Source: a virus
Direction: 5' to 3' (one strand)
IMG/VR virus record: IMGVR_UViG_3300048808_000008
Location: 6,918 to 70,917 of that record
DNA: 64,000 bases
Position 1 is the first letter of the stretch; the number at the start of each line of letters is the position of its first letter. The position numbers and the translations under genes were made by a program. The notes under the pieces are model-generated. The model was not told the DNA's origin, made no database searches, and worked only from the letters and a program-made list of their open reading frames with translations. This document shows, piece after piece, positions 45,646 through 55,483 of this stretch.

Positions 45646-47028
45646 TTAGAGGCAGTCGCGGAGTCCTTCCATTATCCTCTGACTTAGCAGACACGGTACG
45701 GCATTGCCAATAATCGCGGACGCCAACAGTCTCCGCTCCGGCAGTCTGTACCAATCCGGGAACGTTTGGAACCGCGCGAGGCAGCGGATATCGAGCATGA
45801 CCACGCGGCCCTGACTGAGCCATGCCCGGACCGGCCGCTTCGTACTGCTCGCGCCTACCGTAAAACAGGGCTCGTCGGCGTCCGCCGTCGTCATATCTTC
45901 GCCTCTGTTGTTTGTCGTTCCGTTGGCAAGAAACGCCCTCGGCGGACTTCCCCCGCCGCGCACGGTCGTCGCGGGCGTGTCTCCGTCCGGCGTCTGCAAT
46001 CCGTGATCCGTGCCCGACTGATCGTTGGCAAGAAACGCCCTTGTACGTCCCGGCGCATTCCCTGCGACCGAAAAAGCCGGTTCCTCTCCGTCTCGCTGAT
46101 TGTCGCCCCAACTCTTTTCGTTGGAGTTAGGCGCGACAAGGAAGGCGCGGGGATAGGTCCCGCCGCCCATACTGTTGACAGTATTCGCCGGCGATTCCTT
46201 TTCGAGCACACCCGTGCCGGACGGATTGGCGAGCTGCGTGTTGCCGGTCATGTGGAGAAAGGCGCGGGGTTGACTGGCTGCACGCCGCCCACATTGAGCG
46301 CCTGTCAATGTAAATATGGGCTCGTCGGTCTGCCTCACAGTGGCGTCTCTTGCGGTTGAACACATATCGGCCACAAATGTCGTGCTGTACTCGGCGGGAA
46401 GTCTTTTAAGTTGCCAGTCAGCGAACTCGCTGTCCTTCAACCCCGGCAGTAAATCCTCTATCGCCGCATACCAGCCGATGTGCTTGACCGGCTGCGGCAA
46501 CGGCGGTACAAGCCCGTCGCGAACCGCACGAATAATTAAGCGGCGGCGTGATTGTGGAACGCCCATGTCGGCCGAATTTACATTGTTCGCCGTGTGAAAG
46601 TATCCGAGTTCGGACAGGCATCGCTCAATCAGCTTACACGCCTCGAACACCCGGTACTGCGTCACGTTCTCCATGACAAATATCTTTGGCCGCACAATTC
46701 TGAGCCAATTGCAGACGCCCTGCGCGGCCCGTATGTCGATCTCGCGTTCCCCCCGGTTCGGATTGGCGATAGAAGCCGCTGTACACACAGGGGAGGCCCA
46801 GAGCGCATCGACGCCGGCAAAGGGAGTAGGGTCAGCGCATTCGACACGATCGACGATCACGTGATCTCCGATGTTGTCTGCGTATGCGCTGGCAATCGCA
46901 TCCGGACCGCCGAGTTTCGGCAATACGTTCCACTCCACCGCGCCGACCGGTTGGAATCCGGCCGCAATTGCGCCGAGGTCGGCCCCGCCGCCGCCCGCAA
47001 AGAGGGATACCCAGGTTGGTTTGTTCAA
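45646..47028 (-). CDS. DNA (cytosine-5) methyltransferase with a repeat-expanded variable region
   Basis: LFAGGGG, ASPVC, MENV, PQSRRR, RFQTFP, IGNAVP motifs. Confidence 0.9.
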   Translation of the reverse strand: MNKPTWVSLFAGGGGADLGAIAAGFQPVGAVEWNVLPKLGGPDAIASAYADNIGDHVIVDRVECADPTPFAGVDALWASPVCTAASIANPNRGEREIDIRAAQGVCNWLRIVRPKIFVMENVTQYRVFEACKLIERCLSELGYFHTANNVNSADMGVPQSRRRLIIRAVRDGLVPPLPQPVKHIGWYAAIEDLLPGLKDSEFADWQLKRLPAEYSTTFVADMCSTARDATVRQTDEPIFTLTGAQCGRRAASQPRAFLHMTGNTQLANPSGTGVLEKESPANTVNSMGGGTYPRAFLVAPNSNEKSWGDNQRDGEEPAFSVAGNAPGRTRAFLANDQSGTDHGLQTPDGDTPATTVRGGGSPPRAFLANGTTNNRGEDMTTADADEPCFTVGASSTKRPVRAWLSQGRVVMLDIRCLARFQTFPDWYRLPERRLLASAIIGNAVPCLLSQRIMEGLRDCL

Positions 47029-47228
47029 GTTTTCGCCTCTCCCTCAAGTCCTTCCGCCGCCTTCCTCTTCAGCTTCTTTATCCCACCGCTCGCCACGATC
47101 CGGTCATGCACGGTCGGCGGCCAGCATCCGCGCTCAACCTGATACGGCGCGGTCCTGCCTTCCGGGCGATCCGTCAGCTCGGAGGACATGCGGCGCGAGT
47201 GTTCACTGGAGGTAATCATAGTCCGCAC
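47025..47228 (-). CDS. Small hypothetical protein
   Basis: AAGGAG RBS; overlaps the methyltransferase start. Confidence 0.45.
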   Translation of the reverse strand: MRTMITSSEHSRRMSSELTDRPEGRTAPYQVERGCWPPTVHDRIVASGGIKKLKRKAAEGLEGEAKT

Positions 47229-47282
47229 TCCTTCTCTGCGAACCGTTGGGCTGTCATGCTCATAGCCGTCTCAATGCCTCCG

Positions 47283-48233
47283 TTATCTCGCCTCCATGAG
47301 GTCAAGCAGGTTCGGCGTATCGGATTCAGCCTCGGCCTCAAGCAGCAGCGCACTGGACCACTCAAAGTAGCTCTCTTTAAGTTCGATCCCGATGTATTTG
47401 CGTTTCATTTTGAGTGCCATATATCCGGTCGATCCGATCCCACTGAACGGGTCTAGTACCACGTCGCCAGGATTAGAGCGAAGCTCTATACATCGCTCAA
47501 TCACGTCAAGCTGGAGCGGGCAAATGTGCCTTTCGTCCTCGCCGTCACGAGCCATTCTGTGATTGAGAACGTGCGTCTGCCGAATATCATCCCAAACCGG
47601 AGAAGCCCATTTCTGCCACTTTTCAAGCGGGAAGTCCTCGCGCGTGTGGAAAACGGGATCGGGGAACGAGAGAAGATCGTTATCCCCGCTGCCGACAGGC
47701 CACTTGCGGAATGAGAGCAGATAATCTGCCATTCCGGCACGCGAACAGCAGGAATCGGCCCTCAGGTTCTTATAAAGAAGCCCGTGATTTTTCGTCCTCT
47801 GCATCTCAATCACAGGGTCTTTCCAGATGGTCAGTCTCGAATGGTATGCCCATCCGCAGCCAACAAAATTGCGGATTATATCGCCGGGGAAGTCGTATAG
47901 TCCGGCCGATCCGTCACGGCCCTTATAGGTCGGCAGGTCCTTGCAGTGAATATCGACCAATCGACCCGGAATAGTCACTCGCAGGAGCTCTTTGATCGCA
48001 AACCGGAAGTGATCGAAGAACTCGGCATGATCCTTGCAGTTCCCCATATCGTTTTGGGAATCGCTGTAGATGTAGAGATTAGCGAATGGGAGGCTCGTCA
48101 CGGTTAGGCCGACCGATTCGTCGGGCAATCCGCGCATGACCTCTATGCAGTCGCCAAGGTACAGAACGTGGTTTTTGCCGACCGACTGATCGTTAACAAG
48201 ACCTTCTGGAATAACTTCTATGTGTTGAGCCAA
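47283..48233 (-). CDS. DNA N4-cytosine/N6-adenine methyltransferase (beta class)
   Basis: GDCIEVM, TSLPF, HICPLQ, VLDPFSGIGSTG. Confidence 0.9.
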   Translation of the reverse strand: MAQHIEVIPEGLVNDQSVGKNHVLYLGDCIEVMRGLPDESVGLTVTSLPFANLYIYSDSQNDMGNCKDHAEFFDHFRFAIKELLRVTIPGRLVDIHCKDLPTYKGRDGSAGLYDFPGDIIRNFVGCGWAYHSRLTIWKDPVIEMQRTKNHGLLYKNLRADSCCSRAGMADYLLSFRKWPVGSGDNDLLSFPDPVFHTREDFPLEKWQKWASPVWDDIRQTHVLNHRMARDGEDERHICPLQLDVIERCIELRSNPGDVVLDPFSGIGSTGYMALKMKRKYIGIELKESYFEWSSALLLEAEAESDTPNLLDLMEAR

Positions 48234-49612
48234 TTAGGAACCTCCATCTTTCGTGTGGGCGCGTAGGCTACGAGCCGCTTGCTCGAAATATCGGATAACT
48301 GCGTTTCGCGCATGGCCTGGATCATAGCCGCCTTCATGCGCGTATGATCTCGCTCCTTGCGCCTCACTGCGTCAAGTATGGCCGTCTCGGTATCGGCCAT
48401 CACTATATGGGCGAAAACCGGCCTGGTTTGGCCGTACCTATAATTCCGCCGAACGGCCTGGTAAAGCTGCTCAAAGCTGTAAGACAGCCCGACAAAAGCA
48501 GAATTGGCCGAGTGCTGCCAATTCATTCCGAATCCCGTAATCGTCCCCTTGGTTATGAGTAAGCGTGATTGGCCGGAAGAGAAAGCCATGAGCTTCGACT
48601 CCTTGGCTTCTACGCTCTCGTTCCCGCGAATCTCAATCGCTTCGGGAATGGCGGCCTTAAGCGCGTCGGCCTCGTAATTCGTGTTGCACCATATCGGCCA
48701 TGCCTCATTAGGCCCCGACGACGCTACGATCTCGGCGACCTTCGCCGCGCGTTGCTCGCATGTGATTCGCATTTCCCTATGCAGAGTGGTCGCCGACAGG
48801 CTCACGGAGCGGAAGAGTTGATCTTCGGCAGCGCCGACTGTGTGATCGGTAGAAACGATGTGACGAACGTATTCTAGTGGCGGCAAGATAAACCCATCAT
48901 CCGAATAACCAATATCGGACGGCTTATCTAGGGCAATTGCCCAAGAGGATACCCAGCGCCAAAAATCATTTTCGCCATGCCGCTTCAGCCGGTACGCCCC
49001 GGCCTCCATCGTGTCGTTTATGAACCAACGCATAATCATTTCATTGGCAGGCATGATGCCGAGAAACGCGGCCTGGTTGCCCAGTTCGAGGAAGTCGTTT
49101 GGGCTTGGCACCGCAGTGCAGGCGAGCCTGAACGGTGTCCGCGCGAATGCTGAAATTATCCGTTGCTTCGTTTTGCCCATGAAGTTCTTTAGTATCGCGC
49201 TCTCATCCAATACGACCGCGACGAATCGTTCGGGGTCGAAATGCTCAAGCATCTCATAGTTGGCGATATTGACACCGGGTCGCACGTCCTTCTGAGAACG
49301 GCAGACAGTCACCGGAATCCCAAACTTCTCACCCTCGCGTTTGGTTTGCGCGGCCACGGCAAGCGGTGCAAGATTCAGCACGTCTTTATTCGTGCGCTCG
49401 TAAACAGCCTGGGACCAAGCCAATTCCATCAGCGTCTTGCCGGTTCCGCATTCGGAGAAAATCGCCGCTCGCCCGAGCCGGCACGCCCATGAAACGATAT
49501 GCGCCTGAAATGGAAATAGGTTCGGATTCAAGCTGTCCGGGGCAATCTCGAATCCCTGTTCCGGCGCGTGCTTACGCTTCCCCGCCAAAAACCGCTCGTA
49601 CTCATCGTTCAC
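48218..49612 (-). CDS. SNF2-like superfamily 2 helicase
   Basis: ECGTGKT, LDES, CTAVP, FGMNWQ, YQAVRRNYRYGQ. Confidence 0.9.
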   Translation of the reverse strand: MNDEYERFLAGKRKHAPEQGFEIAPDSLNPNLFPFQAHIVSWACRLGRAAIFSECGTGKTLMELAWSQAVYERTNKDVLNLAPLAVAAQTKREGEKFGIPVTVCRSQKDVRPGVNIANYEMLEHFDPERFVAVVLDESAILKNFMGKTKQRIISAFARTPFRLACTAVPSPNDFLELGNQAAFLGIMPANEMIMRWFINDTMEAGAYRLKRHGENDFWRWVSSWAIALDKPSDIGYSDDGFILPPLEYVRHIVSTDHTVGAAEDQLFRSVSLSATTLHREMRITCEQRAAKVAEIVASSGPNEAWPIWCNTNYEADALKAAIPEAIEIRGNESVEAKESKLMAFSSGQSRLLITKGTITGFGMNWQHSANSAFVGLSYSFEQLYQAVRRNYRYGQTRPVFAHIVMADTETAILDAVRRKERDHTRMKAAMIQAMRETQLSDISSKRLVAYAPTRKMEVPNWLNT

Positions 49613-49953
49613 GTCATATCTCCATTCTCGTAAACTCTCACCATAGCCGCGCTTTGGTAGACCTGAATACCACGATCTTTGCACAGCGCGACCTCGGCTT
49701 TCGATCCGGCCGAATGTTCCCATCCCGCGAGCGTCACGGCGAAGTCACAACGTTTCAACATCTCCACGTCGCCTTCTAGGAACACTTCATCGGGCACAAT
49801 TCCTCCGAGTAGTGCGGTATTCTTGTGCGGGCAAAGAACTGCAATTCCATTGCGCCACAATTCTATTGCGACCGCCTCCGCTGCCCTGATATTCTCAACC
49901 ACGCCATGCTCGGAAGTCGCGCGGTAAGGACCGATAATATAAGCCAGTCTCAT
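49609..49953 (-). CDS. DUF4406/DUF1937-like (nucleoside deoxyribosyltransferase-like fold) protein
   Basis: AYIIGPY, CPH, MLKRCD, GWEHSAGSKAE. Confidence 0.7.
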   Translation of the reverse strand: MRLAYIIGPYRATSEHGVVENIRAAEAVAIELWRNGIAVLCPHKNTALLGGIVPDEVFLEGDVEMLKRCDFAVTLAGWEHSAGSKAEVALCKDRGIQVYQSAAMVRVYENGDMT

Positions 49954-49957
49954 TCGC

Positions 49958-50566
49958 TCATTTAACCCTTTCGAACCGGTACGCCCACACCCAAGGATTA
50001 AGCGCCCACGACTCGGGACCGTTGATCGACTTCCAGAGATCGGAAAATGTCTGTATGTAGCTCGGCTCCTCTGGCCAGGTCACCATAGGATGGCCAGCTT
50101 CAACACCCTCCGCCTTCGCGGCCGCCTCCGAAATCTCGTTCACGCGCTGGACCGTGACCGCAGTAACCCGAAACCACATCCGCGCCAGCTTCTCTGGCAG
50201 ATTGATGGGTGAGCGCGTGCGACCGTATCCAGGCGGCTTAGGGCCGTCAGTGAGGAAGTGCGGTTCGTGTTTACCGATCAATTTCTCCGGCGATAAATGG
50301 TCGAATACCGCGCGGACGCACCAGGTCTCCTTAACGTAAAACACCGTGCCGACCGGCATACGCGGATAGAGCACGGTTCCGCCTTGCGGTTCAGTGCGCT
50401 GAAAATGCGCGGCTGCCCCTCGACCCTCGACCGAAACCACCCCGATGAACTGCCAGTTATCCGGTTCCGCATTCAGCAGTTCAAGGCCGACCAACCGCCG
50501 CGTCATCGTCTTGCGGCCGTCCCGCAGCGCCCGAACCAGCTCTGGCCTGAATAATAAACCGATCAT
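49958..50566 (-). CDS. ASCH/PUA-like phage protein
   Basis: GRKTMTRR, YVKETW, SPI..P...R, A.AEG, NPWVW. Confidence 0.7.
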   Translation of the reverse strand: MIGLLFRPELVRALRDGRKTMTRRLVGLELLNAEPDNWQFIGVVSVEGRGAAAHFQRTEPQGGTVLYPRMPVGTVFYVKETWCVRAVFDHLSPEKLIGKHEPHFLTDGPKPPGYGRTRSPINLPEKLARMWFRVTAVTVQRVNEISEAAAKAEGVEAGHPMVTWPEEPSYIQTFSDLWKSINGPESWALNPWVWAYRFERVK

Positions 50567-50994
50567 TCCGTGCCTCCGTTAATTTCTGGCATCTTTGAGC
50601 GCCAGTCGCCGACTTCGCGAATCAAGTGCTCGAACGGCTTGAAATACCGCCAGCCCTGAAAACCTGCCATCGGAATAGGATCAATCCAAGTCCATGTCGT
50701 TGCATCCATGTAAAGCAGGATCGAATCGCCTCCAACGAGATAGCTTCGGCCAGTCGTTGCGCACTGCATCCATTGCGACCACGGGCCGATGGTCGGTCGC
50801 AGAATTTCGACCACAACGCAGTAACCGCGTACATATCCCGCTTCCGTGTACCAAACCTTATCGCCGACCGCGTGAGCCGAGCCGGGTCTTTTAATCACGC
50901 GGAAGTAGTATCCTCCGCCATCTCGTTTACATTCCTCGGCCTCTTTTGCAGCCTCGGCGATACGACTTTTTGGAGTTGTGATTATTATGTCCAT
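50563..50994 (-). CDS. PUA/EVE-like hypothetical protein
   Basis: GDKVWY..GYVRG...PM.GFQGWRY. Confidence 0.5.
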   Translation of the reverse strand: MDIIITTPKSRIAEAAKEAEECKRDGGGYYFRVIKRPGSAHAVGDKVWYTEAGYVRGYCVVVEILRPTIGPWSQWMQCATTGRSYLVGGDSILLYMDATTWTWIDPIPMAGFQGWRYFKPFEHLIREVGDWRSKMPEINGGTE

Positions 50995-51047
50995 CGTTGT
51001 CCTAAATCTTCGGCCGGACCGCCTTTCAACAATCCGGCCTGTGGAGT

Positions 51048-51803
51048 TTACGCGAGAATCGGCGTGCCTGCAGGCAGTTCCGCTGCGAGCCACGCGCCGA
51101 TTGCCTTGATAGTCGGCGGTCGCCACGCCCCGCCATCTGCTTCCAAGAGTGTCGTTTTGGCCGTAAGCTCACCGCTAGAGCTATCCTGCTTCATTCGCAG
51201 GATAAACGGCGACACCGGCTGTGCGATCTCCGGGAACGTCCGGAACGGCGCAAGAAGCGTAGGATTCTTGAATGCCTGTGCTACCGACGCGCGAGTAAGT
51301 CCGCGCTGTGTTTGCACCGACTGGGAGATCCCGTCATCCTCAATGTCCGCCATGAGCTTCGATGAGAACTGCGCCGCGTAGGTTTGAACAGCCGTTCGCG
51401 CATCACTTTCCACGAAGCAGGTTTGCAGGATAATCAGGAACTGCTCGGCGTCCAGATACTGCCCGAGCGGGATCGTTGGCAGGACGGGATTCGCCTGAAC
51501 GAATATCAGTTGCTGCCTCTGCTCGCCAAAGACCGGCACGAGCACCTTGACCGATGTCGGGCTTTCTACTGCCACAACGAGCCCTTCGATTCCTGCAAGC
51601 TCGCCGCTCACGTAATCGGCCACACCCTGAAGCGTGCCGATCTTAAGCACTGTCGGCAATACCGTGCTCGGGTCAGGGTAGACCGTTATCACGTCGTTAC
51701 TGTCGATAAGCACCTTGCTTCGGTACACATCGAATACCTGCGGCTTGTGACGCTCCGCTATCTCGTCGATAGCTTCCACGAAAGTTCCGTCTATGTCCGC
51801 CAA
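51048..51803 (-). CDS. Phage protein (DUF2303/YfdQ-like)
   Basis: DDGISQSV...L.PFRTFPEI.QP.S.FILR, EADGGAW. Confidence 0.6.
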   Translation of the reverse strand: MADIDGTFVEAIDEIAERHKPQVFDVYRSKVLIDSNDVITVYPDPSTVLPTVLKIGTLQGVADYVSGELAGIEGLVVAVESPTSVKVLVPVFGEQRQQLIFVQANPVLPTIPLGQYLDAEQFLIILQTCFVESDARTAVQTYAAQFSSKLMADIEDDGISQSVQTQRGLTRASVAQAFKNPTLLAPFRTFPEIAQPVSPFILRMKQDSSSGELTAKTTLLEADGGAWRPPTIKAIGAWLAAELPAGTPILA

Positions 51804-51836
51804 ATTTAGCCTCCTTTTCGGCCGTTCGCGCGTAAC

Positions 51837-52211
51837 TTACCTGCTATGCCGAAGCGCCTTCGCCGGAACCTCGTCACGAATCCCCGGCAAGCTCATTTGC
51901 TTGGGATCGAATTCCGAAATGCGAACCTCGTCAGTTTCGCCCTCGATCTTTTCGGCGAACACCGTCCTTTTGAACGGTGGCCTTGGCGCGAGGGAGATAG
52001 TCGATCCGACCTCATACTGAAGTTCTGTCCGGTCTTGCTCCGGAGTGATCTTAACCTTCAGCGTGATCGTGCTCGCCTTGAGTGCCGTGCTTGCGTCCTG
52101 CGCGTGCTGTACGGCCTTCTCGATCCCATCGTGCAGCAATTCCAGCGCCGCATTACCGGCGGCTGTCTGGAATATCCCGATCTTATCAATCTGATTGTCC
52201 ATGTATATCAC
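51837..52211 (-). CDS. Phage protein, usual partner of the downstream gene
   Basis: G.A.EL...D..T.....ITLKVKI.P..DR motif. Confidence 0.55.
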   Translation of the reverse strand: MIYMDNQIDKIGIFQTAAGNAALELLHDGIEKAVQHAQDASTALKASTITLKVKITPEQDRTELQYEVGSTISLAPRPPFKRTVFAEKIEGETDEVRISEFDPKQMSLPGIRDEVPAKALRHSR

Positions 52212-52428
52212 CTCCTTCCTCTTCCGCGTTTGCTTCCGGACTGGTCAACGTCACCGTTATCCCGTCGTCGCCGAATGTCAATGTAACACGATCCCGGTAC
52301 GCCAAGATCTCGGCGTCGATTGCGGCTATCTCGTTATCAGTGATCGGGCCGTTGCATCGTTTTCTATGTCGCGCATAGTACGAGTGCCGGCGGCACAGTT
52401 CCGCCAGTCTGTCTGTGGTGTCAGCCAT
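52186..52428 (-). CDS. Hypothetical protein
   Basis: GGAGG RBS. Confidence 0.5.
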   Translation of the reverse strand: MADTTDRLAELCRRHSYYARHRKRCNGPITDNEIAAIDAEILAYRDRVTLTFGDDGITVTLTSPEANAEEEGGDIHGQSD

Positions 52429-52447
52429 CTTATTTGACCTCCCGGCT

Positions 52448-53420
52448 CTACGCAACTACAGGCCACTCCTTCACCGTCCAAACCTCGTCAGGGATTCGCC
52501 CTTGCTGCCCCGGCTTAGGTCCGCTGTCCTGTTTAACGAAACAGGCGACACCGGCGGCTTTGCAATCGGCCACAGTCTGGCGCGCCCACTCGGGGCCGAA
52601 CGGGCGATGACCCGGACCATATTCGCCACCCACAATGATCCAGTCGAGTCCGCACTTTATCTGCACGGTCCCCAGATGGTCGCAACCACAGCAACCGTCT
52701 CCGCCGCACCCGTAGGGGCACGGCGCATAAATCCAGCGCAGTAAATCATGGCCATTGGGCGCCATTTCCAGTAAGCGGAAATCGATGTACGAAAGCGCAG
52801 GTTCGTAACTGACGAACCGCACCGCCGCCGGAATCTGGAGTAACTTCGGAATGCGCAGGTCGGCCGTCGCCTGGTCCTCAACCGATGTGCCGAGCCACAC
52901 GTTTGTGGGCGGCTCGCCGTCGAAAAAGTGGGAGAGCCAGGGCGATGCCGGCCGCTTCGTAAGCAGAAGCCAATCCAGGTTCGGGGTCCGGCGAATGAGA
53001 TCGAATAGTTCCAATCGCCACGGCACAAGTTCCGGCCGGTCCTCGAACACGTCGGCCATCGAAGCGCAGAAGACGCGAGGCCGCCGCAGTGACACTTTTC
53101 CGAGGCAATTATGAACCGGGCACATAGTACCATTGCCGACCCAATGGCGAGCGGCCTGCGTATAAAGCCTTGATAGCAACTTCCAGTTAAACCAAGCATC
53201 GCATGTATCGCAATGGAATATCTCCAGGTTCCACTTCAGCGGCAGACGCCAGTTCGCCGCACTCGTGCGTTGTCTCGGTTTCGACCCCCAAACGTCGCGG
53301 CCCCAGCGCTTCGAAAGCGCCTCGGCGTAGCAAAATTGGCAACCCTTTGATATTTTCGCGCAGCCCATCCAGGGGTTGAAACGTATGGTGAGTCCAGCCG
53401 ATATTAGATTGCTCGCCCAA
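52448..53420 (-). pseudogene. DUF5131 (phage Gp37/Gp68, radical-SAM-like) gene interrupted by a +1 frameshift
   Basis: N-terminus GEQSNIGWTHHTF and the NPWMGCAKISKGCQFCYAE body are in different frames at ACG-TTT-C-AAC (about 53380). Confidence 0.8.
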
Positions 53421-53519
53421 ATTCACACCTCACTTTCCGTGCTGGAAACGCCAGTAACGTCCGGAGCGAACTGGCCGATCCGATTCCTCTCGCGGCGCAC
53501 TACAGGATGCCTCACTCCC

Positions 53520-53987
53520 TCAGCGCCCATCTCGCCTGACCTCCGTCACGGTCACGATCACGCCGATCGGTTCCCCGTCCTCCTGATAGCGTTTGCAGGA
53601 GCCGTCAAAACTGACGATCTGGCTGTCGTTCTTGACGATGCAGCTTTCCTGAAGGCTATCGTTAGCGCATCTCAACAGCTTGTCGAGATCGGGCGCCACA
53701 GTCGGCATCGCGCCCTTCTTCGCCGACTTCGGGCGCGGCATGATGAAAACTGCCGCCACACTGACGGGCCCCTTCGGGAAGAGAACGGCGGGCGTCTCGG
53801 TCCCTTGAAGCGCCTCGTTTCTCGCCGCGAACGCGAAGCTCATGGTGTCGCGCCACTGGCCCTGCTTTTTGTTCGTCGCAGTGACAATGGCCCGGTTCCA
53901 ACCCTTCGGAATGAAGGCCCGAGTACTCCCCTGCGGCTTCGGTTCCCCGATTACGCGGCAATGAAAAACGACCGGCTGCTCGGTCAA
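53520..53987 (-). CDS. rusA: RusA-family Holliday junction resolvase
   Basis: GEPKPQGS, PDLDKL, D.L, DSQIV. Confidence 0.9.
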   Translation of the reverse strand: MTEQPVVFHCRVIGEPKPQGSTRAFIPKGWNRAIVTATNKKQGQWRDTMSFAFAARNEALQGTETPAVLFPKGPVSVAAVFIMPRPKSAKKGAMPTVAPDLDKLLRCANDSLQESCIVKNDSQIVSFDGSCKRYQEDGEPIGVIVTVTEVRRDGR

Positions 53988-54367
53988 TACTTCTTCCCTC
54001 CATCCCTGATCCTACATTCGGCCTTGTGATCCTCCCTGTGCCTATTGTAAATCATCTTATTTCGGAACGCACCAGCCAGGTCTAGACCTAACCCTGCTGC
54101 CATGTCTAAGATTCTTATAAGGCAATCGGCAAGTTCAACCTCAAGCATTGGCCTATCAGGTAACTTGTCATCCATGAGAGACTTGCGATCTCCCTCCATT
54201 GCTTCTGCGAGTTCTGATACACACAGCATAAGAAGTTCGCCAACGTTCCTTTTGATGGGCGCTCCTGTGTGTAGATCGAACCACCACTTATGGTTGCACT
54301 CATGAACTACTTTACATAGTTCATCGATTGATGCTGATAGTCCAGAAATCCGTTCGTCAGTATTCAT
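53984..54367 (-). CDS. MazG-like nucleotide pyrophosphohydrolase
   Basis: SELAEAMEG.RK, EVELAD.LIRILD, KM.YN..R. Confidence 0.8.
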   Translation of the reverse strand: MNTDERISGLSASIDELCKVVHECNHKWWFDLHTGAPIKRNVGELLMLCVSELAEAMEGDRKSLMDDKLPDRPMLEVELADCLIRILDMAAGLGLDLAGAFRNKMIYNRHREDHKAECRIRDGGKKY

Positions 54368-54399
54368 GTAAGCATCCTCTAGTGTCTGTCGTACTGGAC

Positions 54400-54789
54400 T
54401 TACTCAAACTCAAGATCGTCGCCCTCCGACCGGTCGCCAAGATCATCGCCCTCCAACTGCTCGTCATGCTCAAGCTGATACCGGTATGGCCGGTAGACCT
54501 TGCGCGCCGTCTCCCACGCATCCTTGACGGCATAAACGGTCGTGCCGGTAATCCGGTAGATCATGGTCGGGTTGTATGTCTGCGTGATCATCTCAGCTCT
54601 CGGCGCTTCGTCGCATTTCTGGAAATCAACGCGGACGAACTTCTGCCCGAAAAGCTCGACTTCAGAGACAAATCCGACCAGGCGCACATGGCCCATGAAC
54701 TCGATGATCGTTGGCTCGCCGACCGGGTTCTCAAGATAGGTGTCGATCGGCGAAATCGGCGATTCCGCCTGCGTGTCTGTCTCGGTCAT
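54400..54789 (-). CDS. Hypothetical phage protein
   Basis: IIEFMGH..L.G.VSEVE.FG..FVRVD motif. Confidence 0.6.
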   Translation of the reverse strand: MTETDTQAESPISPIDTYLENPVGEPTIIEFMGHVRLVGFVSEVELFGQKFVRVDFQKCDEAPRAEMITQTYNPTMIYRITGTTVYAVKDAWETARKVYRPYRYQLEHDEQLEGDDLGDRSEGDDLEFE

Positions 54790-54829
54790 GGCTTCTCCCA
54801 TTTCTTTTGCGATGGAACCGTCCATAAAA

Positions 54830-55444
54830 TCAAGCAGGATAAACGGCGACACCGGCGATCTTGTCGGTAAATGTGTTCGGAGTTTCCGGGCGTATCTCAG
54901 CAGGGGCGTAGTCGCCTTCGCGTACATGTGTTTTAAGCACGTCTAACGCCCACTCACGAAGATCGGTGGGGATGTCCAGAAACTTACTCCAACACCAATC
55001 AAGCGAGACAGCCACAAGCCCGGCAATCATCCGCTTTTGAATGTCGTCTACAGCGGCACGACGAAGCAGTTCAGCTATAAGCGCGTGCGACTTCCAATTC
55101 ATTAACGTACCGTCCAAGTTTGCCTCGCGCAAGTTGGCACCGCGCAAGTTGGCACCGTACAAGTCGGCACCGCACAAGTCGGCATTGATCAAGCTGGCAC
55201 CGTGCAATTCGGCCCCGCGCAAGTCGGCCCTGCGCAAGTTGGCACCGTACAAGTCGGCCCTGCGCAAGTCGGCACCGCGCAAGTTGGCACCGTGCAAGTC
55301 GGCACTGTCCAAGTCGGCACCGCGCAAGTCGGCCCACCACAAGTCGGCACCGCGCAAGTTGGCACAGACCAAGGTTTCGGCGTCAATTGTCTTAATTACC
55401 TGGTTGGTGAAACGGTTCTTAATCTCCACTGTTCCGGTCATCAT
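54830..55444 (-). CDS. Pentapeptide repeat protein
   Basis: About 17 A(D/N)Lxx repeats, visible as 15-bp tandem repeats at about 55110-55370. Confidence 0.9.
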   Translation of the reverse strand: MMTGTVEIKNRFTNQVIKTIDAETLVCANLRGADLWWADLRGADLDSADLHGANLRGADLRRADLYGANLRRADLRGAELHGASLINADLCGADLYGANLRGANLREANLDGTLMNWKSHALIAELLRRAAVDDIQKRMIAGLVAVSLDWCWSKFLDIPTDLREWALDVLKTHVREGDYAPAEIRPETPNTFTDKIAGVAVYPA

Positions 55445-55483
55445 ATACAGACCACTCCTTCACTTTCTGGAACCGTCCATTTT

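Noticed and set aside
55110-55370. 15-bp tandem DNA repeats as iterons or a mini-array
   Set aside because: Fully explained by the pentapeptide repeat protein.
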